A stretch of 64,000 nt of DNA from Marsupella aquatica (GCA_973895155.1 OZ316893.1:25409520-25473519), one strand, 5' to 3'; shown: positions 25,369-39,628, counted from the first letter of the stretch. Notes: generated from the sequence alone by a model not told the origin. Translations and numbers: made by a program.

Positions 25369-27821
25369 TGATCGACTACGCCCGCCACACCACTGCTCTC
25401 TACCTTCCTGACTGCCTGCCTCGCACCCTCTCCTAGATGTCCTGGCAGACCCAACCAACCTGATACGTCCCTGAAACGTATCACCCGTCAGGTAGTGCTA
25501 GCTCGGCCATTGTCCACAACTTCGCTACCTCGACCTCCTTCGTTGAGCCTAGTTCGGACGGTACTGCAACAACTAAAGTAATTCCTCCCAGCTTCCGAAA
25601 ACTCGAATGAGTTTAAGTTGGTGCTTAGGAAAGAGCTCCAAAGAGCACATTAGCTACCGGTCAAAGCACTGCCGCGTACACAACAATGGGGAGGTGGGTG
25701 GTCCTGCGCTTCAAAGGGAACCCAGTGTTTCACATCTCACTACCAAACTACGCTTCCTCCGCCGTTCGCTGTTCTGTTCTGTACGCGCACAAACATACCC
25801 AGAACTGCATCAGTGTCCTGGAACAGAGAGCAGGGACCTTGATCGCCAAGGCATCAGAACAACGAGAGACGACACACGCAAAAGAGTACTTGAGGCCTAG
25901 GCAATCATGAACATGTCCATGACAATAAAAGCACCATCCGACCATTTAATGCGTAGATTCGGAAACGCAGATGACACCAAGGGGTGAGGAATTTCCGAAG
26001 AGACCGACGGGAGACAATAATCCCGCATGCTTGTGTAGGATATGAGACCAGCAAATGACACAAATCAGGAGGACGACAAGCAGAGCAGGAAGCAAAACCG
26101 CTACACGGTCATCATGAGCAGGTAACTAGCTACTTGCCCTGGTGACAATCAAGTACGAGCACTTGAGCAGCGGGCGCAGATTTGTCAGAAAGAATATCAA
26201 TGCGTTGTACGTACATACCTTCGAAAACAAACGAGTGGAACAGCCTGACACGGTGCCTGCCTGCTACTGCAATGTCGTGGCTGATGCCGCTGCTGCACTG
26301 TAGTCAGCTCTTGCAACGATAAACCGAAACCTGGATAGGAGAATGAACCCCCGAAAAACCATGAGACAGAGGCAACGCCAGTGACAACAGATGTCTTTCA
26401 AGCAACGTGGTGGAGAAACAAATCCACGAAGGGGAATCGAGATCGGAAAATGAGAACTCGCAGCGCTCGGATTACACAAGCTTAGTGTGACCCTACCCAG
26501 CCCCTACAGAGCGCAAACAGACCTAAAGTTATGTGTGCACAACACCAGTCACACAACAGCACGACTCCTCGATAGGATATCCTCTCTCCCTCCCGCCAGC
26601 CAGCCCGCAGCGCGACGGTAAAGCAGCGCAGCCCTTTACCACACGGCTAGGGAGAACTCAGGACGCATCTAAACTAATAGAAGTAATCATAGAAACTGGC
26701 TACACTGCACATGTTCACGGCCGGAGGTAGCGTCAGCGCACGGCCTGCCTGCTCGGAGATAGTGGCACAATCAACAAACTAACCGTGCCCCCAGGCCCCA
26801 GCCTCTCACCTCGACACGGGAAGAAAGCAAGTCAGAATTGGAAGTGATGATGATGATGCCACCCGGCCGACAAGCTCGAGAAGCGACAGAAGCATGCAAG
26901 CAACAGCAACCAGGCCATGACCCCACCAGCACTAGTGCAATAACTAGTCACGCCAAGGAAACTAAAAACAGAACCCATACATAAAAAAAACCAACTAATA
27001 AGACGAATCCGCGCTTCGTCTTCGGTTCCCGGAATCCTAAATCACTGCCCCTCTCAAGCCCTTCTGAGATATGCTCTCGCTATTATCGAAGTGGGACAGC
27101 GAGGTTAGAACCGAATCACTTGGACCCGCACCTTGAATCCTCAAATGATGAGAAATGTGGTAGCCCTTCTTCTCTCTCGAAGGACGCAGGGGAATGTCAG
27201 TTGCTCACTCGCTTTCTAACTTTCTCCTGGACAAACGCTTTCCGGATTCCTCGCATTCTACAGTGTCTTGTCTCTCAGGTGCTCTGCAAGTGAACCCTCC
27301 CCAACAACGATTTCTGGACCTCTTTCCGCTCCGCCTTCTCTACCCCTCACAATCAAAATCTTCCTCTCACGTGGTGCTTACGATAACTTTTTTAACACCC
27401 CCTGATGCGGCCCCGACAGAACGACCATATCTGCCGGTCCATCACCCTCTCTCCACGCTTTCTCGATCTTCCAAACCAACACAATCCGCTGATCTCCTCG
27501 TTGTGAGCCAAGGATTCACCGCAAAACAACAAAACGATGCCGTTCTTCAAGTCCAACCACATCAGGCTTCCGCTCTTTCCTGATCTCCTCCTCGCGCAGC
27601 AGCACCTTCTCCCTAGAGTGAGTTACTTGCCGCCCATGATCCCCTAGATTTCGCTCTCGACTCCATAGCCTGCTGCCGAAGAGAGTCTAGCCCTTCGAAG
27701 CTGATGAGAGAGCACTGTACTCTACTGCCGATCCTCTAAATCCGTTGTGCTCGCGAAGCGGCCATAGCCCGACCGAGGGGTTGACGGGAAGAGCGAAGGA
27801 ACCCAGTACAGTCGTACTGCG

Positions 27822-28790
27822 CAGTTTTCTCAAACTCCAGTAGACTACAGTAGAAGATCTGCCCCACCGACTTTGCTTTAACTGCAGTTCGCGAAACCCC
27901 ATGCCCACAAGCTACCCGGAGTTTCTTCAAACTACAGTAGACTGGAGGCACGCACAAGAAGACATGCCCCACCGACTTTGCTTAACTGCAGTTCCCCAAA
28001 CACCATATCCCACAAGCTACTCCATATCCCACAAGCTACTGTAGTTTCTTCAGACTACAGTAGACTAGAAGCATGCACAAGAAGACCTGCCCTGCCAACT
28101 TTGCTTTAACTGCAGTTCGCGAAACACCATGCCCACAAGCTACGAGTTTCTCCAAACTACAGTAGACTGGGGTCATGCACAAGAAGACATGCCCCACCGA
28201 CTTTGCTTAACTGCAGTTCACTAAACACCATGCACACAAGCTGCTTTTCTGAAACTACAGTAGAGTTCAAGCATGCACAAGAAGACCTGCCACTCTGGCT
28301 TAGTTTAACTGCAGTTCACAAAATGGCATACCTACAAACTAGTTTTCTCAATAGACAGTAGAGTACAAGCATGGACAAAAAGACCTGCCACCCCAACTTA
28401 GTTTAACTGCGGTTCATGAACCATCATAACAATAGGCTGATTCCTCCAACTACAGGAGTGTACAAGCACACACAAGAAGACCTGCCCACTGACTTTGTTC
28501 AACTGCGGTTCACCAAACACCATAGCCACAAGCTAGTTTTCTCAAACTACTTTACAATAGAAGCATGCACAAGAAAGACCTGCCCTACCGGCTAAGTTTA
28601 ACTGTGGTTCACCAAACACCATACTGTGATAAGCTATTGGGATCTTGTCTCCTACTATGACACTTTCTGTTCATTGGCAGCTAGATTGGCACTGCAATAT
28701 ATGCATAAATGTGGTATGGAAGCCCCCTCAGTTATTTTAGCTGCAGTTCACAAAGCACCATACCAACAAAGCTAGCTACTGGGATCCTGT
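27822..28790. repeat. About 100-bp tandem array, 8-9 diverged copies, upstream of the kinase
   Basis: Unit approximately TTTCTCAAACTACAGTAGACTGGAAGCATGCACAAGAAGACCTGCCCCACCGACTTTGCTTAACTGCAGTTCGCGAAACACCATGCCCACAAGCTA. The AACTGC(A/G)GTTC core recurs near 27880, 27985, 28110, 28210, 28307, 28405, 28501 and 28600. Confidence 0.9.
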
Positions 28791-29607
28791 CTCCCCATTC
28801 GGTGCTTCCCATTTGGCGCTTTTTGGTAGTGTAATATATATGTTATGAAGGCAGCCTTAGTTTTTCTCCTATGAGAAGTACCAAAGACCTGCCCCCAACT
28901 ATGGGTCACTAAACACCATAGTGAGAAGAGACTGTATGGACAATCAGGCTTGCGCCAAAAGTATATAATTATTGAAAATCTGAGTTGTAGGAATCTGAGT
29001 TGGGGAAAATTTTGGGGAAATGTATACATTTGTAGAAAAATTCCAAGGCCTATATTAGTAAGATCCTTGGAGTATTTTGATATAGAACACTGATTACATG
29101 TTTTGTAAAGTTCAAAAATGATATCTGGAGAAATTTTAAAAGCAAAATATAATTTCTTCATGCAGGGATACCCAAGGCTGATAGTCCCTGCCATATTCCA
29201 TTCTATTGCTTCTTGATTGGTCAGTAAAGAAGAGCACTCAAGACCAGAATAAGGAAATAAAAGATATCATTCATTTAACTCAATTGAGCCAAAACCCGCC
29301 CCCAGCTCCTTGGGGCTAAACTATTTTCCCTACAAGGCTGTGCTTTAAAGTGAACCACTTAAAAAAAAATGTATTTCATTCACCCTCAATTGAAATAAAA
29401 CCCCACCCCTAGCTCCTCAGGGTGAAGATCCCCCCCTCAAGCTCCCCAATCATTGCTGCTCACCCCCTTAACACCAGGCTTGCTTTGAGAGTGAACTGGG
29501 ATCCAAAGTTCAAATACTTGTATTTGACCTTGACCGGAGATGATGAGGCTTCTACAGGTCTAAATTTCTCTGCAACTGCCCATACTGTCTCCAGTGAGTG
29601 ACAATAC

Positions 29608-29746
29608 TGCCAAATGTAGTGTCTCTGCTGGTCATCATACATCAAAATATGATAATATACAGTGTGCACTCATTGATGCCAAATGTAATGTCTATGCTAG
29701 TCATCACACATCAAAATGTGATAATATACAATATGCACTCATTGAT
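29608..29746. repeat. 69-bp tandem duplication
   Basis: TGCCAAATGTA(G/A)TGTCT...CATCAAAAT(A/G)TGATAATATACA...GCACTCATTGA occurs twice. Confidence 0.85.
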
Positions 29747-32683
29747 TGAGAAAAAACAACCAGGTTTATCATGGTTGGGGAGTTGCATACACCATATATG
29801 TCATATTTTGATGTGTAGTTATCGAGACCCCACACTATATTCGGGTTGTCGGCCTCCATCCATTTGGGGATATCGGGTGAGTAAGGGAGTCTCACGGAGG
29901 TTATTGACCTTTCCCGGCCACCGCCGAAGATGCTCTTACCTGCGCGGCTTCAGCACGCATCACGGTAAACCGCAAAAGATGCCCTAACTGCAGCATTCAA
30001 GTGACTCAACTCAAGGAGTGCAGGACCGTAGTTCTGAGCCAGACTCTACAGTTGCTGACGGCTGACACCGCTTACAGTCATGAACCGACGGCAGTGCTGT
30101 ACGGCGACTATTTAGCAACTGTGGTTAGTTTGTCTTCGGTTCAGTTGACAGCAACGACAAGGAACGTATGACCGATAAGGTACTGCACAGTAGCGCCAGT
30201 CTCGGGTTTCATTCGACTGAGCGAATAAAGGACGGCGAATGGCGTACCACACACGGCCATGCGACCTTGGCCATCCAAAGCCCGTCCCCTCCCGAGCGCA
30301 TCTTGACCGTCAGTCCAAAAACCGGACGGAGTGGATGCAACGCATCTTCGTCAACGTCCCCTCCTGAAGGACAACACGGACTACCGTCGGAGGGCTCGCA
30401 TCGCATCGCGGACTCTCTTTTTCTTTCCGTAGCGTGATGTGTACAATTACTGTATCCCTTGGATCGGGGGAACTGACAGTTCAACTAATACTGAAGAGAT
30501 TCCATATCTTCTCCCAGTTGGATGCTTTTATTTCGTTTATTTGGACATGCCGCCCTTAGGCCTTAACTGTGCCCTCTTTTCTTGTCAGTAAAGAGTCCTT
30601 TCAAGAGGGAAGCATTTTATATATTCTTGGATTGGATGGATAAGACCACAATGTGTCACCATGCAAGTTGAATGGACCTTTCAGCTTTTCAGACCCAAAG
30701 GTGTGACCATTCACAGAAACTAAATAAACACACCACAACCCAAAGTGAAGCAAATGTGCTCTATTTGGGTTGTGGTGGCCCATCAGAGTTAACTGTCAAA
30801 CTTCGAGAACTATACAGGCTTCTGTTTTTAAGGGATGCTGACACCCACAATGTGGAATCATGCAACTTGAATAGACCTAGAAGAATTTGAAACCCAAGGT
30901 GTGATCATTGATAGTATGGAAACATGGTGGAGGTTCCAAAAATGTGGTCAATTTGGATTGTGGTGTTCCATTAGAATCTCAATAGGACACGCAATATTTT
31001 TGTGCGTCAAGCCCGAGTGAAGTGTAAATCTCAGAACGACAGAGCTCAACTATCAATCCTCAGGCGCTATATTCCCTCTTTAAATTGAAACAAATATAAC
31101 ATAGTACGTTGTCCAATTTCTCCATTGCAACGCCATTACTGCAGGAGTTCTCTTGATGCATACGGGAATGGGATGTTTTCATTTTATTCTAGAGTGATCC
31201 AGAGCCAAGGTTTTTTATATTTAAAATCCCTACAGTAGTGGGAGTTGAAAAATTGATGCGTGCCTTTCTTGGGCGGTATTTCCAGGCTTTGTGCTTCAAC
31301 CTCTCACATTTCTGTCTCACATGTTTCACCTCCAAGGTGTTGTAAACTCATGGTTGTTCCTTAGCGCCACTGTCCATGACAAAACAATCTACCAGGTTTT
31401 GCCATTTTTAATATTTTTTTCCTGAAATTGTAGAGCAAAGTCTAATGATAGAGGAATGTGAAAAGGGGAGACATCTTGGACACTTCTCCTTTTGCATGGC
31501 TAATGGTGGTTTCAGCCAATTAATACTTTCTTTCATTTCCCTGTCCTAATTTCTATATTTAGCCACATTTCTCATATTCTTGTTTCCCCTGAATGGATAA
31601 ATTAAAAAATATATGAAAAACACAAATGTGTAAAAAAATGTGGTAGCCATTTGAGTTCTCTCCCAAACAAAGAGTATCTTCAAAATCGTTTCCTAGCCAA
31701 GAATCGAGATCCATATGCCAAGATGGAAACTTATAACGTCCAACGTTTTCAAGATACCGAAGGTCTCCTTCCCCCTTCGCCACTATCACTCAAAAAAAAA
31801 TTAAAATAGCACCAAACGCCACTTAATTTTCACTCCAAACAATGAGACAAGACGACAACAAAAGAATGTCCTCAAGGGACAAACATGTTTCTGACTCTTG
31901 GATTCCATGTCCAACATGTTTTATTCTTGGGTATGTGCCAGATATTCTGGGAATAGTCACTTGGTATGACTTAAACAGTCAGCCAGCGAAGTTGGAAGAC
32001 CCCGTCAAATTGACTCCACAAGTGAAGAAGATGCCTTTTATGATTGATTTGAGTAAGTTGTTGCTCATTATAAGAGATGCTCATGACAAATCCATGCAGT
32101 GATGCCCAAATCAGTAAAACAATAATACAACTCCACTTGAATTTGGCTTCTTGTTGTATTTTACTCCGTCAGTAGTCTAATTTGGTTCCCTTAAGTGTCC
32201 AAATTTTGGCCATAGTTAAGTGGAAACCTAATTTGAAGACCTTCAACGACTTCTATGAAGAACAGGTCATGTTTTATGCCTGGCGTGAAAATGCTTGGAT
32301 GAGGGTTCAAAACATTATTCCTTTCAATAGGATTTCAATGAAGCCTGGAGTGCCTTTCTTTTCAAAATATGTTTTTTAATTATCTACACAATAATTTATA
32401 ATCAAAGTCAACCATTCATGGCATATTTTGTTAAGTGAAACATTGGTCTTAATTTAGAAGATAACAAATTCGTATGATATTTTGACTATAATTGTGAATA
32501 AGGTTGGCATGGGGACTCTGGATACAAGGAACCTTTCATCTCCATATTTGATATTTAGAATATGATTATGCATAGGGCGGCATGGGGAGTTTGGGACAAG
32601 GAGCACTTCCTGTAGATATGCTTAGTTATTGCACTAATTTACGTAAGATTTAATATGACCCCAAGAAGTATTTGTCTCCCTTT

Positions 32684-33311
32684 GGGATAATCAGTTTTTT
32701 TATTAACCTATCCCCCAAACTATCCAATACTAGTAAAGTGTTCCAAACAAAATAATTATCAATGCTCCCCCCCCCCTCCTCCTGTTGTAGTTAACTTGTA
32801 TACAGGTTCCCATTGTCATGTAGCAATCTGCTTTTGGCTAGTCTTAACCCAAGTGAGCCCCCTCTGCCCCTAAACCTCATTGCAGGGCACAATCGCACGC
32901 CCGGGAGGGGCGAAACATGTCATTTTTTTCTCAGCACTCCCTTCACAAAGATAATACACTTTTGGTCTCATTTTTACTCAGGAAAATGCATTGGAAGGGG
33001 AAGGGGGACCAAAGGGGGTTGCGGGTTAACTCTAGCCAGTAGCAACCTGTCATGTGTGTTGGGGAAAATTGTCACGAAACAACAATGAGCGCAACCAGCA
33101 AGCATGAACACAACCGACACCAAGATACGTGGTTCACCTTCGTAGAGGCTCCATCCAAAAGAACACACAAAAGTTTTACTAAGCTTTTGTCACCATGGTC
33201 TCACAAAGCTTCCTTGCACAAGCTCCCCTCCCAGTATCTGCTAGTTCCCTCACTTTAGTATATTTGACATTCTGGGGAACAGGTTAATAAAAAGCTATTA
33301 GGGTAATGCCC
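32684..33311. mobile_element. Degenerate foldback/Mutator-like MITE, about 630 bp
   Basis: TTTTTATTAACCTATCCCC pairs with GGGGAACAGGTTAATAAAAA, and the inner TGGCTAGTCTTAACCC pairs with GGGTTAACTCTAGCCA. No convincing TSD. Confidence 0.45.
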
Positions 33312-35807
33312 TGTGTTCATCTGATATCAGTGATATTTTACTCTTCGGACTAGCCACATTCATTTCTGCAGGTTAGATCCCATTATGTCTAATAGTACTG
33401 AGGGCTTTAGCTAATGGGGTTTGTGGACACGGTAGGTGGAAAATTGACTAATGGAAGACAAAAACCCTAGCCAGATTTTCTGTGGAAAGTAACCAGAAAT
33501 TGACAATGAGCTGGAATTCGGTGAATGTTGGCCACCAAAAAAATGCAGTGACTTCATGATTTACGGGGCACGCCCACCAAGTTTGAGCCCCGGGAGAAAT
33601 AATCCCCTCAAAGTAACCACACAAGTATGCAAAAAGCTAAAGAGGGGGAACAGTCACAATTATAACCATGATGCAAGGAGAGACCATTTTTTGGCAGTAA
33701 CGCCTCCCCATGCAATCTCCACTGCCAACTATTTATCCTTGCCTCGGTGGGTTTGTTGGAAAGAAGGATCTCAATGGTTAACCTTTAGACTATCAACAAT
33801 ATGATTTATTTGGTCAACTCTGTACTTTGGATTGAGGGCCCTTTTTTGCAATTTTCAATTTTAATTTGGACTGAGGCCCCTTTCCGCATGCCATGAGAGG
33901 CCCTTTTACGCATGCCTTTGTAGTGCCCTCTGCAACCTGACAGAGTGGCAACCGGTTTCGAACCGGGTTCGACCGTTTCGGCTGGTATCTCTAATTCCAC
34001 TCGGTCACCTACAATTTTACAGTTGGGGTAGACTAGTCAAAAAGGGAATTCAGCCCATTCTGATAGCAGACGGTCCCCTAAGCAGCCGACACGCTCACGT
34101 TCCTTTTTTCCAGGACAGGTGGATGGGATAAAGATGTCCCACAAAAGCGCTGAGTAAGGGTGGCCTCCAGAAGGGTTTTTTGGGGGTTTTTTTTGGGTCA
34201 TAGTGGCCGATTGTCATAGGATTAATTTTTTTTATCAAATTCTCTAAGATAACTTTCTGAACATTAGATCTCCCTAGATATAATAGTAACCTTGATGCTG
34301 GCCAAGTGGAGTCCATCGTTACGTGTCCAACTACCAAATTTTAGCCAAAAGTGGCAAGGCTTTTCATAGAGATGGGATCAAGCAATTTTGGCCACGAAAA
34401 CAACCTGGCCTCTCTCCCATGTGCACGTGCTCTTTCAGGGGAACGGAAAGGCCCACCCCACCCAGATATGACGTTCACAGGACGAACACACAGCATCATT
34501 CAACAAATATAGAATATATTTTTGTTATACTATCAATTCGTTACCAAAGTTAACAGTCCATGTCTCCATGACTTACTCCATAGACTATAGTTATAAAACC
34601 TACTTTTTAGATAAAAGAATACTGATATCTAGCCTATGCTTGTGATCGAATAGACGAGAATCTACCACAAAAACATGAGTATGCAGGATATATCTTACAT
34701 ATGGATATTTGGGCTAGTTCTGCCCTATACCTACTAAACACAATTTTTCTGTATCTACAGTAAGAATATTTGCAGGGATGCTTGTTTTGTTAGGATTTTA
34801 TTTTGTAATGATTATTTTTTGAATCCTAAGCTCATATGGGATGTTAATTTGATATTTTTTAGCAACTAAATGAATCACTGGCGGGAACTTGCATAAACCC
34901 CTTGAAGGGAAGGATCCTTGCAAGTTACCCCAATCCTAGCCATTCATATGTGGGAATAGTCAAGAGACTTCACTGTACACCAACTTGGGGCACAATTTGG
35001 CCAAACTTTACCACCCTAGTTGCTTCCACTGGGGCCCCTTTTTTCTGTTGTGCCCATCGTTTTCATTATCAAAGATCCTAGTGGGCCGCTTCTTTTACTG
35101 ATTTGTCCATGGTTGATTATCAAACAAGTTTAGACCGCCCCTTGAGATAAGCTAGGTCTGTTCTATTGAGGATCTTACGTTTATAATTTTTCCAGACTTG
35201 AAATATTCTGTTTCAAGTATTTTAACTATGGTGTATGCAATAGGATATCACTAACAAGTTGGTCTCAAAGTTTTGTTGGCCAGCCACAACTTGAAATTTG
35301 CGTCCATGACCATGACCTAACCCCAACTTTTGGGAAATCTTAACACATGGGTTTCTAGTTCAAGACCGGTCAAAACACCCATTGACCTCACCATAGGTTT
35401 TGGAAGGGTGTTGGCACAATTGTGCAGACCTTTTTTGGGTGCAGATGCCAGTGCACTGACCTCCTGAGTTAGTAGAGGTAGTGTTTTTAGGGAACCACAG
35501 ATGTTTGACCTGCGACTCAGCCTGCAACATTCTGGTCTCAAGAAAATTCCATGGAACAGCTAGTTTGGGACACCCTGATAGTGCATCTCAAAGCTTCCTC
35601 GTTACAGGTAATGGCTTTTGGCCATGGAGAAATGGCCATTACGTTTTTCACATAGTGTGCAAAAGTGTTTTAGGATTTTTTCACTTGGACATGATCATTG
35701 ATAGTTAAATGATGCACACATCAGCAAAAAACAGGCATGAGCAAAAAGTTATTGATTAGAATTATGGTACTCCATAACTTTTTATGGTCATAACCTTACT
35801 ACCTTTA

Positions 35808-36285
35808 ATAGTTAAAGTATATCAAGCTTTGAGGTTTTTGAGACCCCTAATGAATCTTCATTTGCAATGGGTAATAGTAGTAGTTAAGGTACATCAAGTT
35901 TTGCCGAAGCAGGCATGGCTGAATGATAGCTCACTTGAGTAGTGACCTTTAGATCTTGGGTTCAAATGTTATAATTGATTTCTGTTGCCTTCCTTTCAGT
36001 GAGGTTTCACTGATGTCCCCTTCAGAAAGGGTACATCAAGTTTTGAAGTTTGAGACCCACTAATGAATCACACATTTTCAATGGGTAAATGCAGTTAAGG
36101 TAGGCAAAGTTTTGGAGGTCTACTACTGAATCTTACATTTGCAATGGGTAGTAGTAGTTAAGGTACATCAAGTTTTGGGGTTTGAGACCCCCTAATGAAT
36201 CTCACGTTTGCAATGAGTGGAAGTAGTTAAAGGTACACCAAATTTAAGTTTTCAGACCCCCTTATGAACCTCACGTTTGCATGGA
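35808..36285. repeat. About 65-70-bp tandem array (about 5 copies) interrupted by about 125 bp of unrelated sequence
   Basis: Unit AGTTAAGGTACATCAAGTTTTG...TTTGAGACCCCTAATGAATCTCACATTTGCAATGGGTA. Confidence 0.8.
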
Positions 36286-39174
36286 TGAACAGTGAGGATG
36301 TTGGTTTGTGCCCTCATTTCTTGTAAAGCTCCTAAAGAGGGTCTTATTGCACGCACGTCGTGTGGTGTGGTGACTGGTGAGGTAAAGCTTCCTGCAGCAC
36401 GATGTATGGTGACTTATTTATTCTCGTTGCAATAAGCTGTCGGTGTTGGGTACGTAGAGATGAAGCACCTGCCTGCACTCATTAATGGAAGCTCGACATT
36501 TTTACACGACGTAGTTACAGTCACGCCATCGCCAAGCGTGTGGATGCGCCCTTCTGAGAATTGGTCGATCAGTCAATCACAAGCTAGTGCAGCTCTCGTC
36601 CATTATTGTGGAGAGTTATCAGTAAGTTGTCCGAGTCACGACCTCCAATGGTTTAATGCATCAGGACTTCCAATTACTGCGTCTCCAGGACCTGTGACCT
36701 CATCTACTCCAAAACTCTGGCACAAAGGATGATACTCATCGATGTGCCATTAAGAGGTATCGATTTCAAACTGAGCAAACAACAGCTCTGGCACCAAATA
36801 TCGTACCAATCCAAACCTGAATACTTTATACCTTGGGAGGAACCAATGTTGTCGCTCAATTTCATGTGTGACCTGCCAGCCTCGAGCTCATGGATCATAC
36901 AAGTTGGCCCTCAAATCAATTAAGTGATAATGTCCCTAACAGATTTGTACTGCAGGCACTATTATATTCAAGTTGCACGTGGGGAGAGCTCCTTTTCTAT
37001 TGCATGTAAATTACCATTTGAGTGCACGTCTCATTGTATACTTTTTACCGTTAAGCATTCTCCTAAACATTGGTTATCTCAACTCTGAAGAGCTTTATCC
37101 AATAGACACCCTGGCGCGAGGAGTGTCACTTCATAATGCGTAGAACAACTCGGACAAGGGCACCACCATCTATTATGACATTACTTTAAAAATGGTTTGG
37201 GCCAACTCTCAACGTGAGATAATGCGTTCCTTCTTGAGGGAATCGCTTAAACGAAAGCACTTTGCCCCTTTACTTAAAACGTCACCGGCCATCATCAGAC
37301 CTGGATTTCACCACAAAGGAGTTTTGTGTTTATAGAATTATGAGAGATAATGCCATTGTAGCGGAAGGGAGTGTCAGACATGTAGACGGGGAGAGTCATG
37401 GACACTTCACCTTTATGTAGGGCTAGTGGTGATTTAAGAGACTTCTCCCCTTTGCCTGCATTAAGGAACACAAGTGTAAGAGTGGTTTTGTTAAGTACTA
37501 CAGTAAGTTCTAAGACTCCTTAGTTGATCCTAGAAGTAGATGACTTACATCTAGATTGCATGCTTTGGCTCATCTTTCTCCTTTGCAAGGGATGGGTTGC
37601 ATCTGCCCTTTTTCTTGTGAGTTTAATGCTTGTCCTCTCTGGACCTCTTTTGCTTTTACTCAATTGTCAGAACTTTGTTTGACCCTTTTTTAGTAAACTG
37701 TTCCTATTGTTCTTTTTGCCAGAGCACAACATATTCCACTGTGACCGGATATAAAACTTCAAGGATAAATGATGCTTTAAGTGCCTGTGATTTCACATGT
37801 GAGAATCGTGTATGTCACAAAGTCTTGGAACATGTACTTGTCTCATATCCCACTCAATCCAGTTAGCATCTCTCCTGGAGAAGAAGTTATCCTCTATTAT
37901 ACCCCTACAGAAACATATCTATTACTTGACATAGTAGTCCTGAAGATATGTACATTGAGATACATGAGACCATGCCCACTTATGTCTCAACAATGGTCTA
38001 TCCCAATCCTAACTCTAAAGATATAAATGTAATACAAGTATCTTGCCTTGTGGGAGCTTGTATTCCTCTTATAGCTGGTGAACAAAGCTCTGGATTTCAA
38101 AAGAAAGAAAGAAATACAGGACTAGTATAATATCATCAACTAGACCAATCCAAATCCAATGTAGATACTACTAGACTATCAATAATAACAGTCCACTTTG
38201 TGATGTTGAGTACAAGTGTTATCAATTATAAGTAAGATACCAAGCAATTGGATGCTGCGAGGAGTCATGAGTCTGGCTGACAAGTTGGATTTGAAGGAGT
38301 GCACAAGTTGAAGGAGAGTGATAGGTTGGGCGTGGAAAAGGTGTGACACATTTTGGTCCATCTCATGGTGAGGGAAAATGTCAACATAATCTCACCATAA
38401 TCCAACTGCCATAGAGGTTTCTCACCGAAATGACATTTGGTTAACAGACAATTGGAGAGAGAGTGAGATTGCATATTATATTTAGATGTCCATATAGAAT
38501 TCACAAAAGGATTTTGGGGTGGCAAGTGTCCACCAACGATGACAACAAAAAAGACCTGACATGCATAACTTACTAGACGATATATATTGAAAGAAGTGCA
38601 TGTGCTCCATATTGATGATGCTGGCCTGGATGTGATGTGAATAGTGTTACTTAGAACTTTTTATATTGGTGATGTTCACCTTTATAAAAAGCTCTCCGAG
38701 AGATAACTGTTGGTGGTGAAGATGTTGGCAGTGCAGTGCAAGGGATCCCTCCTAAAGCATCAAGCCTTGGTCATCAATGCAGCAGCGATTCCAACACTAG
38801 TACTCACAATTTTATGTCAGTGGAGGATGCCATTCCTCCCGGCAAGGCCAATAAACCCTTCTGGGCACACGGTATTGATCTTTTGGGATACTCGTTGGGG
38901 ATCAGACGACACATCCTGCTTCCATTTGAAGAGACTAATTCTCCTCGGTGCTCCAAATTCTTCCACTGTATTCTAAGCGTGGAACACACCAAGTTGCTTC
39001 TTGAGGTGACTTTCTCTTACCACTCATTCTCTGTTTAAGTTCTCTTGATCTCCAACCGAACAAGTGCTCACACACAACTATATGCATAGGCAGTACATGA
39101 TGGTTCAGGAAGCACGATTTAGGAATTGGAGCTTGTATAGTGCGAGTTTTGGCCTGGCGTTTTGGCTAGACTTA

Positions 39175-39628
39175 GAGCATCTCCAACTGTACTCTTTTTC
39201 GTTACTCTAAGGAGTAAATACAGTGTCTGACAACAATCTTTTTTAAGCTTTGTGTAGTATCTATAATGGCCAACTGAAACTCAGCCCCAACCCACACTGG
39301 ATAATTCTCTGATTATACACTAACGATCAGCAACTGCCTACCGTAGATTAAAATCTTGAAACCCAACAAACCCAGTAAACAAGTAGCCAGTATGTATTGT
39401 CTTCCATATACAGATCCAATCTAGTAACCCAAAAACCCTGTCCCAGAAAATCCAATAGCACTACAATGAAGGAGTTGTACAGAAAACCTTGTCCCAGAAA
39501 ATCCAATAGCATTGCAATGAATGAGTTGTACCTGACCTTGTGCATATTGTCCTTTAATTTGGATACTGTTTACCAGGTTGGTCAGTATCCCATAACACTA
39601 ACCAAACCTTGTAGAATTGGAGATGCTC
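39175..39628. mobile_element. Tourist-like (PIF/Harbinger) MITE, 454 bp
   Basis: TTA|GAGCATCTCCAA ... TTGGAGATGCTC|TTA: perfect 12-bp TIR and perfect TTA TSD. Internal duplication of about 50 bp at 39433-39530. Confidence 0.9.

Noticed and set aside
27822-28790. CRISPR or tRNA array
   Set aside because: The whole unit is repeated with gradual divergence; there are no unique spacers and no cloverleaf or A/B boxes.
35285-35315. MDANFKL motif reminiscent of KDZ transposases
   Set aside because: It is an isolated short match with stops on both sides and no supporting CxC or downstream motifs.
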